Positions 30,253 to 39,093 of a stretch of DNA of 64,000 nt are shown here, piece after piece. A program made the position numbers and the translations under genes. The stretch covers positions 3,552,001 through 3,616,000 of the forward strand of contig OZ252239.1 in NCBI GenBank assembly GCA_965249485.1, written 5' to 3'. A model generated the notes under the pieces. The model saw nothing but the letters and a program-made list of their open reading frames with translations, had not been told where the DNA came from and did not search any database. Positions within the stretch are counted from its first letter, which is position 1; each line of letters starts with the position of its first letter. The DNA is from a bacterium (GTDB taxonomy: Bacteria > SM23-31).

Positions 30253-31104
30253 CTAATTTAGAGAAAATTCTTTCATAAGATCATTATTCATTTGCTCAAT
30301 ATCTTTCTCCTGTCGTGCCTCAAGATCATGCTCGATTGCTTCAAAATTGAACTCCATCGCGTCTTGTTCATCTTGCAGTATTTCAAAATCGTTCTCGATC
30401 TCTTCAAAATCTTGCATGTCAAAGAAATAATCAAATTCACTATCATACAGATCGTCAATCAACATTGTTTCATTCCCATCATACAATAGTTCACCAAGCC
30501 ATGCAAGATCTTCATCTGCATATTCAAAATCCTCTATGAATGCATCGCCGCTGTTGCGTCTGATTCGGATATCGTAATTTCTGTTGATTCCCCGTGTATC
30601 TCCCCTGAAATTATGCAGTTTTTTCCGCATTCCTGACATATTTTTATGAAAATTTAATCCCGGTTGAAATCCTAATCTTCCGCGGTGGCCCATCATTGAA
30701 TAATTCCTGCCAAATCTCCGATCAGGTAGATTTTCCAGCTGTTCCTGAGTTAGAACACTCTTTATACCGTTCCTGAGTGCAATCCCACCCATCTTTATGT
30801 CAATTTGAGATGAAGAAATTTTCTCCAGTTGACTCCGTATCCTGGATTCAGATGCAGATTCATCATCAATAAGGTCTCGGAGTTCTATCTGTGCCACGCG
30901 CACATCAGCACGTATTTGAATGGCCTTTTTCTGCCAGTCCTGACGAATATCTTTTATTTGTTCAATTTGTTCATCGGTCAATGACTCTCTGAACATTCGC
31001 ATTTTTTCCCTTGCTGACTGAACATTACCCCGGTTGTTTTGGGCAAATGCAGATGTTGTTATTAGCATTATTCCGGCAAGAGTTGCGATTACAAAACCTT
31101 TCAT
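30253..31104 (-). CDS. Spy/CpxP (LTxxQ) family periplasmic protein with long acidic tail
   Basis: ATG 31104 after GGAGG; signal peptide; LTDEQ and LTQEQ motifs. Confidence 0.8.
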   Translation of the reverse strand: MKGFVIATLAGIMLITTSAFAQNNRGNVQSAREKMRMFRESLTDEQIEQIKDIRQDWQKKAIQIRADVRVAQIELRDLIDDESASESRIRSQLEKISSSQIDIKMGGIALRNGIKSVLTQEQLENLPDRRFGRNYSMMGHRGRLGFQPGLNFHKNMSGMRKKLHNFRGDTRGINRNYDIRIRRNSGDAFIEDFEYADEDLAWLGELLYDGNETMLIDDLYDSEFDYFFDMQDFEEIENDFEILQDEQDAMEFNFEAIEHDLEARQEKDIEQMNNDLMKEFSLN

Positions 31105-31188
31105 GATAACCTCCGTCGAATATAAAATTATTACAATCTTTTCAATTAGATAGTGAGCACGTGCTTTCTTTGTGACTACATATATACA

Positions 31189-31214
31189 TACAGTTGGGGA
31201 AGTGTATACGTTCA
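31189..31214 (-). promoter_or_regulatory. Candidate ECF-sigma promoter (TGAAC-N14-AACTGTA)
   Basis: Upstream of the Spy-like/ECF module; same arrangement as 5254-5279. Confidence 0.4.
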
Positions 31215-31392
31215 TTTCTAAGCTAAAAGAATTATATGTAATTGAATAATACGCGGTTAAATGTTTACATTTAGAATAAATTGACGTAGTATTAATGTGA
31301 TGATTTTTCAATATTTAAATAGAATTGTGGAACTCAACATGACAATAATTAATCACTATCTTCATCAAATATAAAATTGAAGCAATTGAACT

Positions 31393-33018
31393 ATGATCAA
31401 AGCTGATTTTGCACTTATAAACGGGACTATTTGGACCGGAGATAAGATAGCTCCGATGATTGAGGCATTTGCAGCATACCGGGGAACCATTATTGCCACC
31501 GGTTCAACTGAAAAAATCCGGCAGCTCTTTAGTAACAACACCGAAATATATGATGCTGAAAAACGGTTTGTTGTACCTGGTTTCATTGACAGTCATGCAC
31601 ATTTTGTTCTAGGAGGACTTTCGCTGATCCAGGCAAAAATATCACATTTGAGCAGCAGAGATGAATTTGAAAATACTATTCGGGATTATGAAAAGAATTT
31701 ACCTGCGGAACATTGGTTGACCGGGACTGGCTGGGACAATACTGTCTGGCAGAATGATAATCTTCCCGACCGGGCACAACTCGACCGGGCTGCCCCGGGC
31801 CGGCCTGTTTATCTTGTCCGGCAGGACATGCATATGGCCGTTGTTAACAGCCGTGCTCTGGAGCTTGCCGGAATAGACAACGCGACTCCCGATCCCGCTG
31901 GCGGGAAGATTGACCGGGACCCCGATACAGGAGAATGTACCGGAATTCTCCGTGATGCGGCTATGCTTTTGGTGTTTGACATCCTGCCTCAACCAGACAC
32001 GGATACATACAGAACAGCTATTGAGGCGGCATGTCAAGAATGCCGTAAAAATGGTATTACGGGTTTACATGATATTACCCTTCCCGTTCATATCCCCCAT
32101 ATCCAGAATTCAGCTGAACAGGATTGGTTTACCCTTCGGATGATACTCCATCCACCACTGAAGCAGTGTAAAGAAGTCATAAAAAATTATGCCTCCTTAT
32201 ATTCTAATAATAGCTTATTACGGATTGGCGGATTTAAGGCATTCTCCGACGGTTCACTCGGATCGAGTACTGCCCTCTTTCTGGACCCCTATTCTGATAA
32301 TCCTTCAAGCTGTGGTATTCCGCATGAGGAGATGCTTCCCGCACCAGGTAATGATTTGAGCAGAGGCGCACTCTACCGTGATGGAAAAATAGCCGATTCT
32401 GAGGGATATAATTTATTCATCCACGCAATTGGCGACCGTGCTAACCGCACGGTTCTTGATGTATTCGAGCACATTACTCAGGATAATAAAAAACGGGACC
32501 GTCGCTGGCGGATTGAGCATGCACAGCATATCCATCCGGATGATTTTCAGCGGTTTAGAGAATTAGATGTAATTGCATCGGTACAACCGTACCACTGTAT
32601 CGACGATGCACGTTTTTGTGAGCGTCGTATCGGGAGGGAACGCTGCAAAAACAGTTTCGCTTTTAAATCTTTGTTAGACTATGGAGTTCGTCTGGTGTTC
32701 GGATCGGATTGGACAGTTGCTCCACTCAACCCCCTGCTTGGTATCGATGCGGCTGTAAACCGTATTCCGATCGGCGAACGTCATTCCTGGTACCCGGAGC
32801 AACGAATTAGTCTTGAAGAAGCACTCAAAGCTTACACCGTTAATCCGGTTTATTCTGCTTATAGCGAGAATGTACAGGGCTCGATTTCTCCCGGAAAAAC
32901 CGCAGACTGTGTCGTTCTTTCCGAAAATCTGTTTACCATTCCACTGGAACACATCAAAAATGTCCGTGTAGTATCCACAATTTTCAATGGCAAAATCGTG
33001 CACAGTAGTGGAAATTAA
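31393..33018 (+). CDS. Amidohydrolase 3 family (YtcJ-like)
   Basis: PGFIDSHAH, KAFSDGSLGS, HAIGDRAN, RIEHAQ, FGSDW. Confidence 0.95.
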   Translation: MIKADFALINGTIWTGDKIAPMIEAFAAYRGTIIATGSTEKIRQLFSNNTEIYDAEKRFVVPGFIDSHAHFVLGGLSLIQAKISHLSSRDEFENTIRDYEKNLPAEHWLTGTGWDNTVWQNDNLPDRAQLDRAAPGRPVYLVRQDMHMAVVNSRALELAGIDNATPDPAGGKIDRDPDTGECTGILRDAAMLLVFDILPQPDTDTYRTAIEAACQECRKNGITGLHDITLPVHIPHIQNSAEQDWFTLRMILHPPLKQCKEVIKNYASLYSNNSLLRIGGFKAFSDGSLGSSTALFLDPYSDNPSSCGIPHEEMLPAPGNDLSRGALYRDGKIADSEGYNLFIHAIGDRANRTVLDVFEHITQDNKKRDRRWRIEHAQHIHPDDFQRFRELDVIASVQPYHCIDDARFCERRIGRERCKNSFAFKSLLDYGVRLVFGSDWTVAPLNPLLGIDAAVNRIPIGERHSWYPEQRISLEEALKAYTVNPVYSAYSENVQGSISPGKTADCVVLSENLFTIPLEHIKNVRVVSTIFNGKIVHSSGN

Positions 33019-33036
33019 ATAGTAATCTGAAATGAA

Positions 33037-33204
33037 TTAAAATCGAAAAATCACTTTAAGTGTGGGGTAGAGAAGCAGTAAAATCAAGAGTAGGATAAGG
33101 GGAAGTTTGTAGGAGATACGGGACTGTGGAAATTCATAGCGGCAATATGGACAGGTGCTCTCGTCTTTATCAACCTCAAGAGCGCATGATGGGCATTCTT
33201 TCAT
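33037..33204 (-). CDS. 55-aa zinc-ribbon membrane microprotein (absent from the ORF track)
   Basis: MKECPSCALEVDKDESTCPYCRYEFPQSRISYKLPLILLLILLLLYPTLKVIFRF*: CxxC-x10-CxxC plus one TM helix. Confidence 0.85.
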   Translation of the reverse strand: MKECPSCALEVDKDESTCPYCRYEFPQSRISYKLPLILLLILLLLYPTLKVIFRF

Positions 33205-33373
33205 TGGGGATTAGTATGTAATATTAAATGTAACTATCAATCAGAAACTACGACAACATCCTCTCTAAAATAATCGAAGGACACTTCACAATGACGGAAG
33301 CTTAATGAGTTAATGTAAACAAGCTGTCTCTCTTTTCAGAATACGGGATGATATTTATTTACAACACCCAACA

Positions 33374-33892
33374 TCACTGCTGGTCATTTACATTCGTCAC
33401 ACTGTCAGTATTGCCGTAACGGCCGACGACAATAAAATCGTCATCCTTCCAATCCTCCTGTGGAAATGCTTCACTGAGACTCCCGTCCTCTTTTCGGAAG
33501 ACGAGCCGTTCAATTCCCGAATTAATAATCATCCGGAGGCAGATTACACAGGGAAATGCTTCAACAAAACTGCCATCGGGGTTTTCACCGACAAGATACA
33601 AAGTACCACCAATCATCTCCCGGCGTGCAGCTTGAATCATTGCATTCTGCTCGGCATGTACCGAGCGGCATAATTCATAATTTTTCCCGTGAGCTATATT
33701 ATTTTGTTTCCGCCAGCAGAAGCCGTGTTCGATTGAAGATTTGACTTTTCGCGGAGCACCGTTGTAGCCGGTTGCAACTATTTCATCTTTATTGACAATT
33801 ACCGCACCGAAATGGCGCCGGAGGCAGGTCGACCGATCAAAGGTGTTTTCAGCAATTTTAATGTAATATTCATCTTTACTCACTCTGTCCAT
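33374..33892 (-). CDS. dCMP deaminase (ComEB/DCD family)
   Basis: RSTCLRR.FGAVIV, TGYNG, HAEQNA, PCVIC. Confidence 0.93.
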   Translation of the reverse strand: MDRVSKDEYYIKIAENTFDRSTCLRRHFGAVIVNKDEIVATGYNGAPRKVKSSIEHGFCWRKQNNIAHGKNYELCRSVHAEQNAMIQAARREMIGGTLYLVGENPDGSFVEAFPCVICLRMIINSGIERLVFRKEDGSLSEAFPQEDWKDDDFIVVGRYGNTDSVTNVNDQQ

Positions 33893-34553
33893 CAGATAAG
33901 CCTTTCAAATATCTAAAATGGTGCTCCACTTTTCTAAGTAGTTCTTCAATGGTGCCATTATTAAGAAACTCTGTTTCAAATTTCCAGTCGTTGAGGTCAA
34001 TTTCACTTGCATGGTTTGGATCGCGGTCATCGGCAACATAATTGACACGATCAATCTTCCAGACAACCCCTCCCATTTCCTTAATCATTCCTGCTTCATT
34101 TTTGAACCGGGTATCTGGTATTAGAAAATCTTCATCTGGATATTTTTCTATTTCTGAACGGACTTTATCTACCCAGTAATCCCAAGCAATTTGTTTCCGC
34201 CTGAATTCAGTTCCCCAGAATTGAAGAAGAACTGCATCTTTATCTTTCATTCCACCATAATAATAGTCTGCATCAAAAGGCAATTCAGGTTTTTGTTCAC
34301 CTTTTTCTTTGATCCAATATATGATATTTTCATTCGGATGGTCGAATCGAAAAAAATCTTCGCTGTTCGTCTTACAATACAATTCTGCCATGGAATCTTT
34401 ATAAAGAATCGTCGCATTTCTGCACTCTTCATAGAGAGCATCGGCAAAATGGATAACCCGGCATTGAAACAATTCATTCAGATGTTCCGCAGCAGTATCT
34501 TTTCCCTGTCGAGCTTTATGGCCTATCCCAATTATCAATCGTTTATTGGTCAT
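33876..34553 (-). CDS. Deoxynucleoside monophosphate kinase (phage T4 gp1/T5 dNk-like)
   Basis: IIGIGHKARQGKDT, FADAL, LLQFWGTE, DTRFKNE, HASE. Start tentatively ATG 34553. Confidence 0.85.
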   Translation of the reverse strand: MTNKRLIIGIGHKARQGKDTAAEHLNELFQCRVIHFADALYEECRNATILYKDSMAELYCKTNSEDFFRFDHPNENIIYWIKEKGEQKPELPFDADYYYGGMKDKDAVLLQFWGTEFRRKQIAWDYWVDKVRSEIEKYPDEDFLIPDTRFKNEAGMIKEMGGVVWKIDRVNYVADDRDPNHASEIDLNDWKFETEFLNNGTIEELLRKVEHHFRYLKGLSDGQSE

Positions 34554-34587
34554 AGTATCTTGTCGTATTAGAACATCTGAGTCAACA

Positions 34588-35610
34588 TTATGATGACCTG
34601 TCATTGGCACCCAATTCCATTAAAAACGATTTGAATTTATCGAGTGAATCAAATGATTGTGTGACGGTAATTTCAGGATCCCAAAATGGGCTCAAACCAA
34701 AATCTTTCGGGTAGTATAAATAGACATCTTTCCCATGAGTGAATGCAAACATGATTTCCTGATTAACACCCGGTGAGTTTTTTTCTACCGGATAGTAAAC
34801 TGCAACAAGATTACTCTGGGAGATTAATTTGAAATCCCTCCAGACAGTAGCGGCTTTAAGCTGTTTTTGAACCTTATTTTGAAGGGTATTCAAACCTCCG
34901 AGATCTTTAATCGAAAGCGGATTAAAAACAATGAAATGTTTCCGTAGTTCAGCTGCGATTGCCTTTGCTTCATCTAAAAGCTCCGGCTGTTCTTCCTGAA
35001 TTGCTGTTATCGGGAAACTCATGTAGATTTTTTTCCGCTCCGGATTCAAGATCATATTGCCGAGACTCAGAATATTTTCACAGGTCGGTATTAGATAAAA
35101 GTCTTTATTCTGAAAAGTTGCGAGAGTTTCGGTAATAAACATTTCTTCATCACGCCATATGATTATCTCTTCAAGGCTCAATCTGTTTGACCATTGCGAA
35201 TCCTGCTTCAGGTTTTCATAAATAGACTGAGCATCATCAACAAAATTTACATAGATATCGGGATTTATCTTGTTAAGATAGTGGACATCAAATCCCGATC
35301 TAAGAAACTTATTCCACCTGAAACAGGCGTGAGTTGCAATGAGCACATGTGTATCCGGATCAGCCTTGAGTAGGCTGTCGATTTCATTACAAATTCGCTC
35401 AAATGCTATTGCACGGAGCGCATCGAGGTTATGCAGATCGAGGACCTTTTCTTTTGTAACTTTCTGCCCAAGATCGGCTCCTGCCCGCGATAAGTAATGC
35501 CACGTATCAAAAATTACTACTTTCTGGCCATGCTTTTCAAGAAAGGGTTTTAGCTCTTCAATAAATGTGAGCTTTTGCATTCCGCTAATACCGGTACAGA
35601 AGATCTTCAT
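34588..35610 (-). CDS. P-loop NMP kinase-like domain fused to nucleoside 2-deoxyribosyltransferase/DNPH1-like domain
   Basis: N-terminal TGISGMQK and 'THACFRW...G' resemble archaeal adenylate kinase; C-terminal IYMSFP, FNP, RDFKLISQS, SPGVNQEIMFAFTHGK match the NDT fold. ATG 35610. Confidence 0.75.
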   Translation of the reverse strand: MKIFCTGISGMQKLTFIEELKPFLEKHGQKVVIFDTWHYLSRAGADLGQKVTKEKVLDLHNLDALRAIAFERICNEIDSLLKADPDTHVLIATHACFRWNKFLRSGFDVHYLNKINPDIYVNFVDDAQSIYENLKQDSQWSNRLSLEEIIIWRDEEMFITETLATFQNKDFYLIPTCENILSLGNMILNPERKKIYMSFPITAIQEEQPELLDEAKAIAAELRKHFIVFNPLSIKDLGGLNTLQNKVQKQLKAATVWRDFKLISQSNLVAVYYPVEKNSPGVNQEIMFAFTHGKDVYLYYPKDFGLSPFWDPEITVTQSFDSLDKFKSFLMELGANDRSS

Positions 35611-35739
35611 AATAATAATTTGATTAGGTAATACAAATTGGATAATTTCTATTTTAAAGAAAATTATGGAGAAAGGCAACAGGAACTCATAGAGAAATTT
35701 CAAGAATTCGCACTATTGTCACGTACCTGCTGTAAAAAA

Positions 35740-37248
35740 TCAGTCATACTCCCAAGGCTTAAAAATAACATTGTTATCTCGCAAATCGAACAATGACGGA
35801 TATCCCGTTGCCGCAAGGAGTTCTTCGAGTTCATGATTCATATTTTTGACATAATCTTCGACCCGCTGAGCTTTGTCTTCTATAACGAGGCCGCGCTGCA
35901 AGGAACGATCATGAGTCGTAATACCGACCGGACAGATCCCTTGATTGCACTGGAGAGCTTGTATACAGCCGAGCGCAAGCATAAATCCGCGTGCGGTATA
36001 TATTGCATCTACTCCATATGAAAATGCGTTGATCTGCCTGGCGGGATTTATTAGTTTTCCCGATGCAACTAACTTAAACCGGTGTCGTACTCCTTCATCC
36101 TTAAGAATTTTCTTAACATACTCGAGTGCACGGAAGAGAGGTATGCCGACGTAATCCATAAAACTCCGAGGTGCGGCTCCCGTGCCGCCTTCTGCACCAT
36201 CGATAACTATGAAATCTGGAAACCTGTCCTGCCGTTTCATCTCTTGTATAAATCCATCAAATTGTTCGATATTACCGAGGCATAATTTGATACCTACCGG
36301 AAGCTGTGAAACATCCTGCACGTTTGAAAAAAACCGAACGGTGCTTCCAGCATCTTTACATTCCACATGGCACGGTGGCGATATCACATCTTCACCAACC
36401 GGAACTCCTCGAATTTCAGCAATTTCCGGAGTAACCTTATCTCCGGGAAGCATCCCACCTTTTCCGGGTTTTGCTCCTTGAGAAAGTTTCAATTCAACCA
36501 TTTTAACACAATCATGAGCAGCTATCTCTCTCAATTTCTCTTCATTAAGGGAGCCGTCATCATTCCGAACGCCAAATTTAGCTGTACCCATTTGAAAGAT
36601 TATATCAGGGCCTTCCATTAAATGGTATTTTGGAAATCCGCCTTCACCGGTATTCATGGGAATACCCGCCCGCTTTGCTCCCCGCGCAAGCGCCCGTACC
36701 GCATGCTCTCCGAGCGCGCCAAAACTCATAGCACTAATCATGGACGGCTTTGTAATCGTGTAACTATTTTCGATGCCTCGTTCCTGCCCGAATGTGAGCG
36801 AATATTGCTGAAGTTGATCCTTATTTAACGGATAAAGCGAATTCCGGATCATGCCATACCTGAGTCCTTCGAGTGTACCATACGGAGCAGTCGATTCCCG
36901 GTTTTTGGCGTACCGGTAAACCTCCGCACGCTCTCTTCTTGAAAAAGGTTTTTCTTCCGTGTCACTCGCTATCCAGTATTGTCTGAGTTCCGGACCAACA
37001 CTTTCCATAAGGTAGCGCATCGCTCCGAACACACCGAAATTTCTTAGGACAGCATGCCCCTTTTGTACAAATCTATAGTGAATTTCCAATAAGAGAAGGA
37101 GACCGAAAACACCGGTACCGATGAAAAACCAAGGATGGTAGAAAAATCCCAACAATGCAAAGATGATTGAGCCGGCTACGATAGAACGCGAAAAAAACAC
37201 TGCCATGCTCATTAAATCGACCGTAGAACCATCCGTTCGGGTACTCAT
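35740..37248 (-). CDS. FMN-binding glutamate synthase family protein (YerD-like)
   Basis: ISAMSFGALG, NTGEGG, ELKLSQGAKPGKGG, DGAEGGTGAAP, CIQALQCNQGICPVG; N-terminal TM segments. Confidence 0.93.
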   Translation of the reverse strand: MSTRTDGSTVDLMSMAVFFSRSIVAGSIIFALLGFFYHPWFFIGTGVFGLLLLLEIHYRFVQKGHAVLRNFGVFGAMRYLMESVGPELRQYWIASDTEEKPFSRRERAEVYRYAKNRESTAPYGTLEGLRYGMIRNSLYPLNKDQLQQYSLTFGQERGIENSYTITKPSMISAMSFGALGEHAVRALARGAKRAGIPMNTGEGGFPKYHLMEGPDIIFQMGTAKFGVRNDDGSLNEEKLREIAAHDCVKMVELKLSQGAKPGKGGMLPGDKVTPEIAEIRGVPVGEDVISPPCHVECKDAGSTVRFFSNVQDVSQLPVGIKLCLGNIEQFDGFIQEMKRQDRFPDFIVIDGAEGGTGAAPRSFMDYVGIPLFRALEYVKKILKDEGVRHRFKLVASGKLINPARQINAFSYGVDAIYTARGFMLALGCIQALQCNQGICPVGITTHDRSLQRGLVIEDKAQRVEDYVKNMNHELEELLAATGYPSLFDLRDNNVIFKPWEYD

Positions 37249-37688
37249 AAAGGTATCTCCCTATATTTCGAAATATATTTAAGAAAATTAGTTGATTGTA
37301 TATTCAAAGCAGCGTGAGTTTGATCAAATTCGCATCTTAAAAGGATTCTCACATTCTTGCCAGAGGATCGGAACACTGAATGGCCAAATATCGTATATTA
37401 AATAAATCTACACTTGAAGTGGTAGGAATATACATTTTTTTCTGTTGAATTCAAATATTTTACTCAGATGCAATGCATCACTACTTATCTGAGCTCCGAT
37501 GATTCAATTTATGAGCTCAATGATTAGCTCTGCTGTATTATCAACATCTATCTTGTTAAAATTAATCATAAATAAATCCGGCAGCAAAGACTTCCAAACA
37601 CGGAATAGTTATTTTTCTCTATGACCTATATTGTTATTTTTTCTAATTTTAGTGCCCGTCAACACCATCCGATTCACCTAAAAAAACC

Positions 37689-37717
37689 TTGACTATAAAA
37701 GACAATTTATGTACTTT
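37689..37717 (+). promoter_or_regulatory. Sigma70-type promoter
   Basis: TTGACT-N17-TACTTT upstream of the aminotransferase operon. Confidence 0.5.
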
Positions 37718-37846
37718 TTTGTGCGTTCGCTTTTGCAAATTAGTGTACCCGTAATCTGGAATTTCTATAAAAGGGAAACAATCCGGTTGGGGATACAAAT
37801 AGTTTTACGATCTGCATCCAATAGTTGATACGAGGAGAATTATATT

Positions 37847-39010
37847 TTGAAATATGCTGAGCGGATGAGCAGACTCGGAACAGAGACGGCTTTTCTCGTT
37901 ATGGCAAAAGCAAAGGCGCTGGAAGCTCAGGGACACGATATTATACACCTCGAGGCAGGTGAACCCGATTTTGACACCCCTGAGTTCATTCGTACCGCCG
38001 GCAAAAGAGCGATCGATGACGGATGGACAAAATACACTCCTGCAAACGGTTTGCTCGATTTCAGAAAAACGGTAGCAGAGGAAGTTTCCCGCACACGAGG
38101 AATTGACGTAGATCCCGAGGGTGTTGTCATTACACCAGGGGCAAAGCCTATCATGTTTTATACGATTCTTGCTCTTGTCGATCACGGTGATGAGGTGATA
38201 TGTCCGAATCCTGGTTTTCCGATTTATGAGTCAATGGTCAATTTCGCGGGTGGAAAACCTGTCCCCCTTCCGCTGCTAGAGTCGAAAGAATTTGCATTTG
38301 ATATCAACGATTTGAAGCGGATAGTATCCGACAAAACCAAAATGATCATCATCAACAGCCCCCATAATCCCACGGGGGGAATGCTTTCGAAAGCTGACTT
38401 TGAGGGGATTGCAGAACTTGCCCAAAAACATGATTGCTGGATTCTTACTGATGAAATCTATATCAAAATTGTTTATGAGGAAGAGTTTGCTAGTATTACT
38501 AGCTGCGAAGGAATGGCAGAGCGGACAATTATTCTTGACGGATTTTCCAAAACCTATTCCATGACAGGATGGCGTCTTGGTTTCGGAGTAATGCCGGTTG
38601 ACCTCGCAAAGGAAATTACGAAACTTCAGATTAATAGCAATTCGTGCACAGCAGGCTTTTCACAGCAAGCAGGAATAGCGGCTCTGACCGGTCCACAGGA
38701 AAAGTCAGAAAAGATGGTTGAAGAATTCAAGAAACGTCGGGACTTTTTTGTTGATGGCTTGAATTCGATAACGGGAATTCGCTGTTTGAAACCAAAGGGA
38801 GCATTTTACGTATTTCCTAATATCGAAGGTACAGGAAAATCGGCGGACGAGCTATCACGAGTGCTCTTAGAAGAAGCGGGTGTTGCAAGTATTTCCGGCT
38901 TGGCATTTGGAGAATATGGAAAAGGATACCTCCGCTTTTCTTTTGTGAATTCGATCGAGAACATCGAAAAAGCCCTTGAGCGAATTCAACAAACTGTTAC
39001 ACGGTTTTAG
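37847..39010 (+). CDS. Class I/II PLP aminotransferase (aspartate aminotransferase-like)
   Basis: GEPDFDTP, NSPHNPTG, DEIY, GFSKTYSMTGWRLG. Confidence 0.95.
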   Translation: MKYAERMSRLGTETAFLVMAKAKALEAQGHDIIHLEAGEPDFDTPEFIRTAGKRAIDDGWTKYTPANGLLDFRKTVAEEVSRTRGIDVDPEGVVITPGAKPIMFYTILALVDHGDEVICPNPGFPIYESMVNFAGGKPVPLPLLESKEFAFDINDLKRIVSDKTKMIIINSPHNPTGGMLSKADFEGIAELAQKHDCWILTDEIYIKIVYEEEFASITSCEGMAERTIILDGFSKTYSMTGWRLGFGVMPVDLAKEITKLQINSNSCTAGFSQQAGIAALTGPQEKSEKMVEEFKKRRDFFVDGLNSITGIRCLKPKGAFYVFPNIEGTGKSADELSRVLLEEAGVASISGLAFGEYGKGYLRFSFVNSIENIEKALERIQQTVTRF

Positions 39011-39093
39011 TGTTGAGCGGACTAAATCTCAATACTAAAGTACTCCTAAAACGGAAATGACGATGATTATTACGACAAAAATTGAGGGAAACT

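Noticed and set aside
33374..35610. Prophage remnant suggested by the phage-type dNMP kinase
   Set aside because: No integrase, structural genes or att-like repeats recognised; flanking genes are ordinary metabolic genes.
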